The notes: generated from the sequence alone by a model not told the origin. 54,819 nucleotides of DNA from Bacillota bacterium (GCA_036742135.1 DAINRC010000001.1:41311-96129), one strand, 5' to 3'; shown: positions 38,451 through 46,861, counted from the stretch's first letter. Made by a program: numbers and translations.

Positions 38451-39497
38451 GTGATTGTGATTTTGCCTGCAAAAATAAGAGCGGTGGAATCGCTGTGCGG
38501 CGTTTCGTTCGTTCTGGCGTTATTGTTGGGCGTCCTCGTTTTAAAAAACTCGGAGGCGCAGGCGCTGCCAGTGGTTTCTGGCGCTGTGGATGACTCGGTT
38601 TGCCGGAGCGTATACGAAGTCAGCTCTGTCCCGGCCATCGTCCGGCAGGAGATTCTACTTTCCGAGGCGCACCTGAAAGTACCCAACGACCCCGGGGGCC
38701 TGCGTAATGCTGCCCTAGCGGCGAAAAAAATTAATGGCACGATTGTCCAGCCTGGTGCCGTCTTCTCGTTCAACAGGGTTGTCGGGGAGAGAACTTAGAA
38801 AAACGGTTTTGTCCCCGGACCTGTGGTCGTCCGCGGCAGGCATGGGTTCCGGAGGGGGCTGGATGTAGGAGGGGGCGTCTGCCGGACGAGCACTGCAGTT
38901 CACCATGCGGTGCTGAAGGCCGGCTTAAAGGTCGTCGAAAGGCACTCCCACTCCATTCCGGTGGAGTATGCAAAGCCGGGATTCGACGCCGCCGTGAACT
39001 GGGGTGTGTGGGACTACAGGTTCCTCAACAATACGCGGAACCCGATCAAAATCGTGGTAGGCATCCAGGGCGACGTCATAGAGGCGCAGCTTTACAGCAT
39101 AGTCCCGGTTAACGCAAACGTCCGGGTATTTCTAGACGGGAGCGAAGTCCTCTTTTCGGGCAGGAAGCCTTTCGTGCTGAACGGGATCACGTATGTTCCC
39201 CCGGAGTTCTTTGAGGGCAACTTTGGCCTGAAAGTCACCTGGGACAGGCTGGCGAAAACAGTTTCCATAGAGGGCTGGGGCAGGCTCCTTAAGCTCTCGA
39301 ACGGTGTTTTGTTCACCAATGAAACTGCAATGATCCCCCTGAGGGCTGTAGCCGAGTGGTTTGGAGCGGCGCTCTCATGGGAGCCGGGAAGAGTTCAAAT
39401 CAAGAGCGGGATGCTCACCGGCTGCGCCTCCAGGTCAGAGGCCGCAGTGAAGCCGAAGTTCCTCCAGCCGTCTCCGACATCGACACCGTGCACGTGA
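38451..39497 (+). pseudogene. VanW-domain / copper-amine-oxidase-N-domain protein interrupted by an in-frame TAG (38796-38798)
   Basis: ORFs 38451-38798 and 38823-39497 are in the same frame. Reading through gives ...FSFNRVVGERT*KNGFVPGPVVV...GGGVCRTSTAVHHAVLKAGLKVVERHSHS, which is a continuous VanW core. The C-terminus has stalk-type repeats (LNGITYVPPEFF; MIPLRAVAEWFGAALSW). Confidence 0.7.
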
Positions 39498-39631
39498 GAC
39501 TCGGCGGTAAAGAAGAAAAAGTCCAGCTCATCGGCGTCAACTGCCCCCTTATCTCTATTTCTGAAGCTGTAAAGCTTCCTACTTCTCAGGCTGATGGAAC
39601 CCGTTCATTGGACTTGTCGTTCCAGCACTAG
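39452..39631 (+). pseudogene. thermonuclease (SNase)-like N-terminal fragment
   Basis: VSDIDTVHVRLGGKEEKVQLIGVNCP resembles VDGDT..V.L.G.EEKVRLIGVDTPE. It is out of frame with the preceding ORF and the similarity stops after CP. Confidence 0.45.
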
Positions 39632-39823
39632 ACGAGTGGCTTCTTGAGGAAACCTGAGCCTGTACTTTCTCAGCATTCCCCAAAGAAGTGGTTTTTCAGG
39701 AAGCTGTTTGAAGTCGTTGAGGTGGGCCTTGGAACCACGCTGCGCTCCCTCCAAACTTAGAGACTCTGACGCTCCCTAGATTAGCTAAGGCTAATGCTTT
39801 GAAGAAAGGGGAAAGGAGAAGGG

Positions 39824-40072
39824 GTGATTTTTAGGGTACTCTGCATCTTAATTCTAGTAGCTGTGGTTGTTGTTGCTGTTCTTGTGGTTAGAAGTAGAAG
39901 CGAAATTAATCTTCTCAAAAAGCGGTACAGGCAAATCTCATTCTTACCACCCAAGGAAGCCGAGAACTCGCTACAACGGCAAATAGAAAGACTTAAAAGC
40001 AAGTATCCTAACCGTTCTGAGAAATGGTATCTTGAGAAAGTTATTTATGATTTAGAAAGGGACAGAAGGTAG
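39824..40072 (+). CDS. small single-pass membrane protein, unknown function
   Basis: GTG lies 8 nt after aaggag. N-terminal TM VLCILILVAVVVVAVLVV and a charged helical tail. The local sequence is AT-richer than the surrounding remnant. Confidence 0.5.
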   Translation: MIFRVLCILILVAVVVVAVLVVRSRSEINLLKKRYRQISFLPPKEAENSLQRQIERLKSKYPNRSEKWYLEKVIYDLERDRR

Positions 40073-40270
40073 TTTAAGGCGAAGTCTCAAAGATTGCAGA
40101 AATTGAAGGTGACAGCCTCTCAAGTCCCTTGGTCCGTCAGGTCGCTGGTCAAATGGCGGTTCGGTGCTGTGCGGGCTAGGGACAAAGCCAAAGGAGAGGG
40201 TGGAGCAGACAGCGCTTTCCCGTACTAGCTGGGTTATGGTCAATGATGCCGGATTAGAGCCGGAGTATGT

Positions 40271-40483
40271 TTGGCAGGTGCCAGGGCCTGCCCGCCCGAG
40301 GACTGCGGCGGCCCCTGGGGGTACCAGAGGATGCTGGAGATCCTTTCTGAACTGGGACACGAAGAGTATGTGGAGACAGTCGAGTGGCTGGGCGGAGAGT
40401 TCGACCCCCAACTGGAGGTTGCGGCAGGTGAATCTCTAGGCGGCCTGTGGCTTGCTGGAGCGCGCTGCCAGGTGGTTCGCTGA
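40271..40483 (+). pseudogene. C-terminal fragment of a PRiA4_ORF3-family (IS1096 TnpR-passenger-like) protein
   Basis: RACPPEDCGGPWGYQRMLEIL...HEEYVETVEWLGGEFDP matches the family signature CPPEDCGG.WGY. The N-terminal two thirds of the domain are absent. Confidence 0.55.
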
Positions 40484-40667
40484 GGACTCCTGGGTGTTGG
40501 TGTGGGAGAAGGCTAGAGGCGTTCCCTTGAAAAGCAGGTGCGCTGGGCCGCCGGCGTTGGAGGCCAAGGGCTTCTTCGACCAATTGTTCGGGGATGATTA
40601 AGAGAGCTGAGGGGTGCGAGGGCTCTCCTTTGCGCCCTTTCTGTTTTTTCCTGGAGGTGGCTTTGCC

Positions 40668-40857
40668 GTGCGGTTCTACACCGTGAAAGGCATCCTTGAG
40701 CTTCCCGCCTTCCTCACCGTAGAGGAGGCTGCAAGAATTCTGCGCCTGAAGCGCTCGACCGCCTATGAGTATGTTAGGCGGAGGGGAGATTCTTTCAGTC
40801 CGCCTTAGGTGTTTCATCGGGATGCTAAAGGCAAAGCTCCTCAAGATGGCCGGATAG
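40668..40857 (+). pseudogene. excisionase-type helix-turn-helix gene with a frameshift
   Basis: LTVEEAARILRLKRSTAYEYVRR in one frame continues as GEILSVRL...KAKLLKMAG-stop in another. The shift is near 40780-40790. Confidence 0.55.
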
Positions 40858-40874
40858 AGGAAAACGGGGTAGGG

Positions 40875-41228
40875 ATGGAGAAGATCTTAACTGCCCCCGC
40901 TCGGCCTGAGAACAGGCAGGAGATGCGGGGACACATCCGCAGGCGCCGAAAGTCCTGGGCCGTGGTCGTGGAGTGGGACCCTGAGACCGGCAGTCGCCAG
41001 GAGAAGGGGATCACGGTGAGGAGGACCAAAAAAGAGGCCGAGAAGGTGCTTGCGGAGACGCTCGCCAAGCTGGGGCGCGGCGAGCTGGCCTCCTCCTCCA
41101 AGATGACGTTGGGGCACGTCCTTCCAGACATGCAGGCGAAGTCAGTGAAGGCAGTGCAGCGGTGTTTGCAGATGTTTGCAAGGAGGGTAGAAAAAGCCTG
41201 GCAAATCAAGGGTTTGCGGGCAGAGTGA
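40875..41228 (+). pseudogene. tyrosine integrase, N-terminal arm-binding fragment only
   Basis: GHIRRRRKSWAVVVEWDPETGSRQEKGITVRRTKKEAEKVLAETLAKLGRGELASSSKMTLG is the typical phage-integrase N-terminus. Similarity ends near 41130 and no catalytic domain follows. Confidence 0.6.
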
Positions 41229-41234
41229 GGCTAG

Positions 41235-42086
41235 ATGATTAACTTCTCTGTTGTTGAAAAGACTGAATTGGCTCCAGGAATTAAAAAACTGGTGGTTAAA
41301 GCTCCTCCTCTGGCAGCGAAAGCGAAGCCAGGACAGTTTGTAGTTCTCCGTCTCCATGCCCGGGGTGAGCGAATCCCCCTGACAATTGCCGATTTTGACC
41401 GGGACAAAGGAACGATTACCCTGATCTTTCAGGAAGTTGGCCTCACCACCTTCCAACTTGGCTCTTTAGAGCCAGGTGATACCATCAGGGATCTTGCTGG
41501 TCCTTTGGGAAAACCGAGCAGACTGGACTATTTCGGAAAGGTCTTGTGTGTGGGAGGAGGAGTAGGCTGTGCTCCTCTTTATCCCATAGCCCGTGCTCTC
41601 AGGAAGCAAAAGAACGATGTCGCTGCAGTTATAGGGGTCCGCTCTGGCGAGTTCCTAATCTTAAGAAAGGAAATGGAAGAGCTGTGCCGTCCCCTGATTA
41701 TCACTACTGATGATGGGAGTGAAGGGTTGCGGGGAACAGTTCTGGCGGGAGTCAAGGAATACTTCAGGGAGCACGGCAAGCCTGATTACTGTGTCTGTAT
41801 TGGGCCTCCACAGATGATGGAGGCTGTTTGCAATTTTACCCACAGCTATCAAGTGAAGACTGTAGTCAGCCTCAACCCCCTTATGGTAGACGGGACCGGA
41901 ATGTGTGGAGCCTGCCGGGTTGTGGTTGGCGGAGAAGTTAAGTTTGCCTGCATTGATGGACCCGAATTTGAGGGTCATCTAGTTGACTGGGAACTTCTCA
42001 AGAAGAGGCTTCAGTTCTACAAAAGAGAAGAAAAAGTGGCTCTTGGCGCCTATTTGCGAAAGCCCAGGAACGCTGGTGAAAGTTAG
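41235..42086 (+). CDS. nfnA: NfnA / sulfide dehydrogenase beta-type FAD and [2Fe-2S] subunit (ferredoxin-NADP reductase-like)
   Basis: FNR-like fold (GQFVVLRL, RIPLTIADFD, GGGVGCAPL). C-terminal cluster GTGMCGACRV...CIDGPEF. Confidence 0.85.
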   Translation: MINFSVVEKTELAPGIKKLVVKAPPLAAKAKPGQFVVLRLHARGERIPLTIADFDRDKGTITLIFQEVGLTTFQLGSLEPGDTIRDLAGPLGKPSRLDYFGKVLCVGGGVGCAPLYPIARALRKQKNDVAAVIGVRSGEFLILRKEMEELCRPLIITTDDGSEGLRGTVLAGVKEYFREHGKPDYCVCIGPPQMMEAVCNFTHSYQVKTVVSLNPLMVDGTGMCGACRVVVGGEVKFACIDGPEFEGHLVDWELLKKRLQFYKREEKVALGAYLRKPRNAGES

Positions 42087-43481
42087 ATGAAGTGGAAAAA
42101 TGATTACGGAAGAGTCCCCATGGCGATCCTCAACCCCACCATGCGCATCAGGACATTTGATGAGGTTACTCTTGGATATACTAGCGATCAAGCCATGCGG
42201 GAAGCGGCGCGGTGTCGGGGATGCTCTCAAGCTCCCTGCCGTCGTGGCTGTCCTATTGGAGTGGACATCCCCGGCTTTATTTCTCTTTTGAGAGAAGGAA
42301 AGTTCCAGGAGGCTGCCCAAAGCCTTAGGGAGAGAAATACCCTACCTGGTATTTGTGGGAGGGTGTGTCCCCAAGAGCGAAATTGTGAAAAGCACTGCGT
42401 TCTAGCAAAAAAAGGAGCACCTATTGCCATTGGGAAGTTGGAACGGTTTGTTGCTGATTGGGAAAGAGAGCACGAATTAATTGTTCCCCCTATTCATAAG
42501 GCCACAGGAAGAAGAGTGGCAGTTGTCGGCTCTGGTCCTGCAGGTCTTACTGTTGCTGCTGCTCTGGCGCGCCAGGGCCATAAGGTGATGGTTTTTGAGG
42601 CTCTTCATGCACCTGGAGGGGTCCTCTCTTATGGAATTCCTCAATTTCGGCTTCCTAAAGAAGTGGTGGCCGCAGAGATCGATTATGTTTGTGCCCTTGG
42701 GGTGGAAATAGAGCTAAATGCTCCTATTGGGAAACTTTATTCGCTTCGCGAGTTGAGAAGGGAATATGACGCCGTTTTCCTGGGAACAGGTGCGGGTCTG
42801 CCCCGCCTCCTTGGGATTCCTGGGGAGCACCTGAACGGAGTTTACACTGCCAATGAGTTTCTGACACGGGTCAACCTGATGAGGGCTTACCTTTTTCCCG
42901 AATATTCCACACCTGTAAAGGTAGGGAAACAGGTGGTAGTCATCGGGGGAGGAAATGTCGCTGTTGATGCCGCCAGAGTGGCTGTGAGATTGGGCGCTGA
43001 AGAGGTTGTTGTCCTCTACCGGCGCACCCTACTTGAGATGCCGGTGCGTGCTGAGGAGTACAAATTCGCCTGCAGGGAAGGAGTGTTATTTAGATTTTTA
43101 GTGGCACCTTTGGAGTTTCGTGGTGATGCCGCAGGATGGGTTAAAGAGGTGTTTTGTATCCGTTGTGAGTTGGGTGAAGTAGATGAAACTGGGAGAAGGA
43201 GACCAGTTCCTGTCCCTGGTTCCGAGTTTACCATTCCTGTTGACACTGTCATTGTTGCCATCGGCCAGGAGCAGAATACCCTTGCCTTGGCTGAAGTGCC
43301 GGAGCTTTTAACACCATCGGGTCGTTTTGTTGGTGCTGACCCGGAGACAGGAGCGACACCTGTTCCGGGAGTCTATGCTGGTGGTGATCTGGTGACAGGT
43401 GCGGCGACAGTCATCGAAGCAATATCTGCCGGGAAGAGGGCAGCGAAGGCAATTGACCGCTACCTCGCCGAATTAGACTGA
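42087..43481 (+). CDS. nfnB: NfnB / glutamate synthase small-chain-like NADPH oxidoreductase subunit
   Basis: Two Cys clusters (CRGCSQAPCRRGCP; CGRVCPQERNCEKHC). Dinucleotide folds VAVVGSGPAGL and VVVIGGGNVAVD. Confidence 0.88.
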   Translation: MKWKNDYGRVPMAILNPTMRIRTFDEVTLGYTSDQAMREAARCRGCSQAPCRRGCPIGVDIPGFISLLREGKFQEAAQSLRERNTLPGICGRVCPQERNCEKHCVLAKKGAPIAIGKLERFVADWEREHELIVPPIHKATGRRVAVVGSGPAGLTVAAALARQGHKVMVFEALHAPGGVLSYGIPQFRLPKEVVAAEIDYVCALGVEIELNAPIGKLYSLRELRREYDAVFLGTGAGLPRLLGIPGEHLNGVYTANEFLTRVNLMRAYLFPEYSTPVKVGKQVVVIGGGNVAVDAARVAVRLGAEEVVVLYRRTLLEMPVRAEEYKFACREGVLFRFLVAPLEFRGDAAGWVKEVFCIRCELGEVDETGRRRPVPVPGSEFTIPVDTVIVAIGQEQNTLALAEVPELLTPSGRFVGADPETGATPVPGVYAGGDLVTGAATVIEAISAGKRAAKAIDRYLAELD

Positions 43482-43792
43482 GGGGAAGCACCGACAAAAT
43501 TTCGTTTTCCCTGGCAGGAATTTGGCACATTTTTCACGAATATTTTTAGAGGCAGGCACTTGTTGCTTTCTTTTCTTTGTAAAGATTCTTTTGAAAGACA
43601 GTAATTTCCTAAGTGAACTATTTAATATTTTTGTGATGGCACTTAGGATAACCGTTCTGCAGGTGGTCCGGTTACAAAAAGGTGCTTGCTGGTCAATGTC
43701 ATCAGGAATTGGAGGTGAGAACGCAAGAACCGGTTGCTTTCTAGGCATATTTTTGAATTAGTTACCAAATTAATTTTTTGAGGAGGGATAAG

Positions 43793-44659
43793 ATGGCTGC
43801 CCAACTTTTGTTGGGGAAACCTCTCGCCGAAAAGATTATCGGAGAGGTTTCCAAAGAAGTTGAAGAGTTGAAGGCTAAAGGTGTCGAACCTTTTCTTGTT
43901 GCCGTCCAGGTAGGGGAAAACGAGGCCTCACGTGTGTATACGAACGCCCAGAAGAAGAATGCCGAGAAGTGCGGGATTAAGTATGAGCTTCAGGAACTTC
44001 CTGCGGATACGACACAGGAGCAACTGCTCAAGCATATTGCTGATTTGAACGCGGATCCCAAGGTAACCGGGATTATTCTTCAAATGCCTGTGCCTCCCCA
44101 CATTGATGCTAAAGTTTGTCAGTGGAGCATAGCCTATGAAAAAGATGTCGAGGGTGTTACTCCCACCAATATGGGCTTGGTGGCTTTTGGAAAACCGCGC
44201 TTAGCTCCATGCACTGCAGTCGGTGCCTACGAATTGATCAAATCTACAGGTGTTGATATTTACGGCAAAGAAGTTGTGGTCGTGGGTCACAGTGACATTG
44301 TCGGGAAACCAGCAGCTTTGATGCTGTTGAACAGCTTCGGAACAACGACAATCTGCCACATTGCTACCGGCCAGCGGGGACACACAGAGATGCACGTTCG
44401 GAGGGCCGAAATTTTGGTTGTTGCCGTTGGTGTTCCCCACCTGATCAAGGGTGAATGGATTAAAGAGGGTGCAATTGTTGTCGACATTGGGATCAACACC
44501 ACCAAAGACGGCAAGATCGTTGGAGACGTTGAATTTGATGTTGCCAAAGAAAGAGCTTCCTGGATCACTCCTGTCCCAGGTGGTGCCGGAACCGCAACCA
44601 CGGCAATTCTGATGCGTAACACTGTGGAAGCTGCCAAGTGGCAGTTGGAGAAGAAGTAA
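43793..44659 (+). CDS. FolD paralog 1 (divergent methylene-THF dehydrogenase/cyclohydrolase homolog)
   Basis: ATG 43793 follows gaggaggg. Full-length FolD fold (GIILQMPVP, GHSDIVGKP, ITPVPGGAG), but YTNAQ replaces YxxxK and KDVEG replaces KDVDG. Confidence 0.85.
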   Translation: MAAQLLLGKPLAEKIIGEVSKEVEELKAKGVEPFLVAVQVGENEASRVYTNAQKKNAEKCGIKYELQELPADTTQEQLLKHIADLNADPKVTGIILQMPVPPHIDAKVCQWSIAYEKDVEGVTPTNMGLVAFGKPRLAPCTAVGAYELIKSTGVDIYGKEVVVVGHSDIVGKPAALMLLNSFGTTTICHIATGQRGHTEMHVRRAEILVVAVGVPHLIKGEWIKEGAIVVDIGINTTKDGKIVGDVEFDVAKERASWITPVPGGAGTATTAILMRNTVEAAKWQLEKK

Positions 44660-44687
44660 GGAGCAGAGGAAAAAGATTAGACAGAGG

Positions 44688-44729
44688 GGGAACTGGACGC
44701 TAGGGAGGGAGTCCAGTTCCCTTTTCTCC
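44688..44729 (+). terminator. intrinsic terminator between the two folD paralogs
   Basis: gggaactggac 44688-44698 pairs with gtccagttccc 44711-44721 and is followed by ttttctcc. Confidence 0.65.
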
Positions 44730-44756
44730 AAATTTTTGAATAAGGGGGGCTTTTAA

Positions 44757-45614
44757 ATGGCTGCAATTCGGATTGACGGAAAAGCAATGGCTGCAGAAAT
44801 CAGAGACCAGCTGGCCCGCGAGGTTGAGGAACTGAAAAATAAAGGGATCACTCCAACAATGGCCTTAATCCTTGTAGGAGATGCTGAGGATTCGGCACTC
44901 TACGTGCGCAGCAAAGCAAAGGCATGTGAAGGGGTAGGAGGGTTTGCCGAGGTTCACCATTTAGGCGAAAATACCACACTTGAGCAGTTATTGGCATTAA
45001 TTGATAAACTTAATAAGGATGACAGTGTTCATGGGATCCTGGTGCAGCTGCCTCTACCTCACCACCTCCATCCTTATGAGAAAAAAGTGATGGATGCTAT
45101 TCTCCCGGAAAAAGATATCGATGCTTTTCATCCGGTGAATATCGGCAACCTGGTAATTGGTGATGAGTGCTACTGGGGAGTTACTGCTCATGCTTGTGTT
45201 AAGATCCTCGAGAAGCTTGGGGTGGAACTTAAAGGGAAGCATGCAGTTGTTGTCGGTTGGTCGATCGAAATCGGCAAACCGGTGACGATGATGCTTTTCG
45301 AAAAAGGATGTGCTGTAACTCTTGTCCACCCGGAATCCGACTTCGTGCCCTTTACCAAACAAGCCGACATCATCATCACTGAGGTTGGAAAGCCGCGGGC
45401 GATTACCGGCGAGATGATCAAGCCGGGAGCGATTGTTATTGATACAGGCTCCAACTGGGTTGAGGGCAAGAGTGTTGGTGATGTCGACTATGATAGTGCC
45501 GCAGAAGTTGCTGGGTACATCACACCCGTCCCCGGAGGAGTTGGCCCGATGAGGATTATTATGTTAATCTACAATCTTGTCCAGGCAGCGAAGAAAAAAG
45601 CTGGGATCAGCTAG
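44757..45614 (+). CDS. folD: FolD paralog 2 (catalytic Tyr/Lys/Asp motifs canonical)
   Basis: SALYVRSKAKACE, GILVQLPLP, KDIDAFHP, ITPVPGGVGPM. Occupies the position before xseA, as in B. subtilis. Confidence 0.88.
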   Translation: MAAIRIDGKAMAAEIRDQLAREVEELKNKGITPTMALILVGDAEDSALYVRSKAKACEGVGGFAEVHHLGENTTLEQLLALIDKLNKDDSVHGILVQLPLPHHLHPYEKKVMDAILPEKDIDAFHPVNIGNLVIGDECYWGVTAHACVKILEKLGVELKGKHAVVVGWSIEIGKPVTMMLFEKGCAVTLVHPESDFVPFTKQADIIITEVGKPRAITGEMIKPGAIVIDTGSNWVEGKSVGDVDYDSAAEVAGYITPVPGGVGPMRIIMLIYNLVQAAKKKAGIS

Positions 45615-46861
45615 TGGTTGTCAGAAGGATTTATTCTGTGGGAGAGGTTACAAATTATCTAAGAGATCTTTTGGATGGCGACCCTCTGCTGAGTAACATC
45701 TGGGTCCGTGGTGAGATCTCCAACTTTAAGAAACACAGCTCAGGGCACATGTATTTTGTCTTGAAAGATGATTCTAGTTGTCTCCGGTGTGTAATGTTTC
45801 GTTCTCGCAACAGCCAACTGCTCTTTACCCCTACTAACGGGATGCGGGTGGTCGCTCGCGGGAGTGTTTCTGTCTACGAGCGTGATGGCCTCTACCAGTT
45901 ATATGTAGAAGAATTGTCTCCTGATGGGGTGGGCTCTTTGTACCTGGCTTATTGCCAGTTGAAGGCCCGCCTCCAGGCAGAGGGGCTTTTTGCTGTAGAG
46001 AAGAAAAAACCTCTCCCTCTTTTGCCTAGAAAAATAGGCGTGGTCACCTCTCCTAATGGTGCTGCTTGGAGGGACCTGGTCAGTATAATGAGGAGGCGCT
46101 TCCCCGGCATACCCATTCTTCTTGTTCCGGCAGCAGTTCAAGGAGACCAGGCTCCAGAGCAGATTGTCAGAGCAATAGAAACCCTTAACCAGCGCCGCGA
46201 CGTTGATGTGATCATCGTCGGTCGCGGAGGGGGATCCTTAGAAGAATTATGGGCCTTCAACACCGAGGAGGTAGCGAGAGCAATTTTTGCTTCACGGATC
46301 CCTGTCGTCAGTGCTGTTGGTCATGAAACAGATTGGACCATCGCTGACTTGGTTGCTGACCTGCGCGCACCAACCCCCTCGGCGGCAGCAGAACTCGTTG
46401 TTCCCTGTAGGGCTGAACTTGAAAATAAACTGTGCTCTCTGCAGAATCGCCTTTTACAGGCTCTTGACCGCTACTGCCACAACAAACAGTTGAGACTGAA
46501 ACAAGTTGCTGGAAGAAATATGATTGCTTTAATGAAAAAATTGAGTGCTGCCCACAAACAAGAGTTGCGTCTTTGCAGCCTGCGTCTGCTGCAGAACATC
46601 CGGTTGCTCCGGGAAAACTGGAAGTCACGGCTAAAGCTGCTAGCGGGAAAGCTGAATTTGCTTAGCCCACTTACAGTCCTTGAAAGAGGCTACAGCATTT
46701 GCTGGGATCCCCGCAAAGAACAACTTGTCTGCAGCAGGACTCAGGTTCAGGAAGGGGACTCTGTAGAAGTGATTCTTAGTGATGGCAGCTTAGAATGCCT
46801 GATTGCAAGAGTAAAGGAGGGCTCCAGGTGGAAGGACAAGAGACCAGAACTGAAGAAGTAA
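45614..46861 (+). CDS. xseA: exodeoxyribonuclease VII large subunit
   Basis: GTG overlaps the folD stop. SVGEVTNYLRDLL..., OB fold, IGVVTSPNGAAWRD, RGGGSLEELWAFN. Confidence 0.9.
   Translation: MVVRRIYSVGEVTNYLRDLLDGDPLLSNIWVRGEISNFKKHSSGHMYFVLKDDSSCLRCVMFRSRNSQLLFTPTNGMRVVARGSVSVYERDGLYQLYVEELSPDGVGSLYLAYCQLKARLQAEGLFAVEKKKPLPLLPRKIGVVTSPNGAAWRDLVSIMRRRFPGIPILLVPAAVQGDQAPEQIVRAIETLNQRRDVDVIIVGRGGGSLEELWAFNTEEVARAIFASRIPVVSAVGHETDWTIADLVADLRAPTPSAAAELVVPCRAELENKLCSLQNRLLQALDRYCHNKQLRLKQVAGRNMIALMKKLSAAHKQELRLCSLRLLQNIRLLRENWKSRLKLLAGKLNLLSPLTVLERGYSICWDPRKEQLVCSRTQVQEGDSVEVILSDGSLECLIARVKEGSRWKDKRPELKK

Larger units (their letters stand above)
38320..41230. mobile_element. degenerate remnant of an integrated element (G+C-richer, only broken genes)
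   Basis: Contains a frameshifted excisionase-type HTH, a truncated tyrosine-integrase N-terminus, a PRiA4_ORF3 fragment, a nuclease fragment and an amber-interrupted VanW gene. It interrupts the otherwise conserved nusB-folD neighbourhood. Single 60-nt lines counted by hand give about 60 percent GC inside (38881-38940) against about 48 percent outside (37861-37920). Boundaries are approximate. Confidence 0.5.

Noticed and set aside
38796-38798. TAG decoded as pyrrolysine in the VanW gene
   Set aside because: There are no pyl genes in the window. The aligned position in VanW proteins is an ordinary polar residue, and the surrounding genes are all decayed. A pseudogene is the parsimonious reading, so recoding is kept only as a minor alternative in the finding.
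38283-41205. Possible att-like direct repeat ggcaaatc at 38283-38290 and 41198-41205 flanking the island
   Set aside because: An 8-mer (11 of 13 with its flanks) is expected by chance many times in 55 kb. The truncated integrase also argues that the true right end has been deleted.
43482-43792. ZTP (pfl), THF riboswitch or sigma-54 promoter upstream of folD
   Set aside because: No GGGUCGUG...CCGCCUGGGC-type ZTP elements or THF core were found. The three GGCAC motifs do not have the GG-N10-GC spacing or the TTGC -12 element needed for sigma-54.
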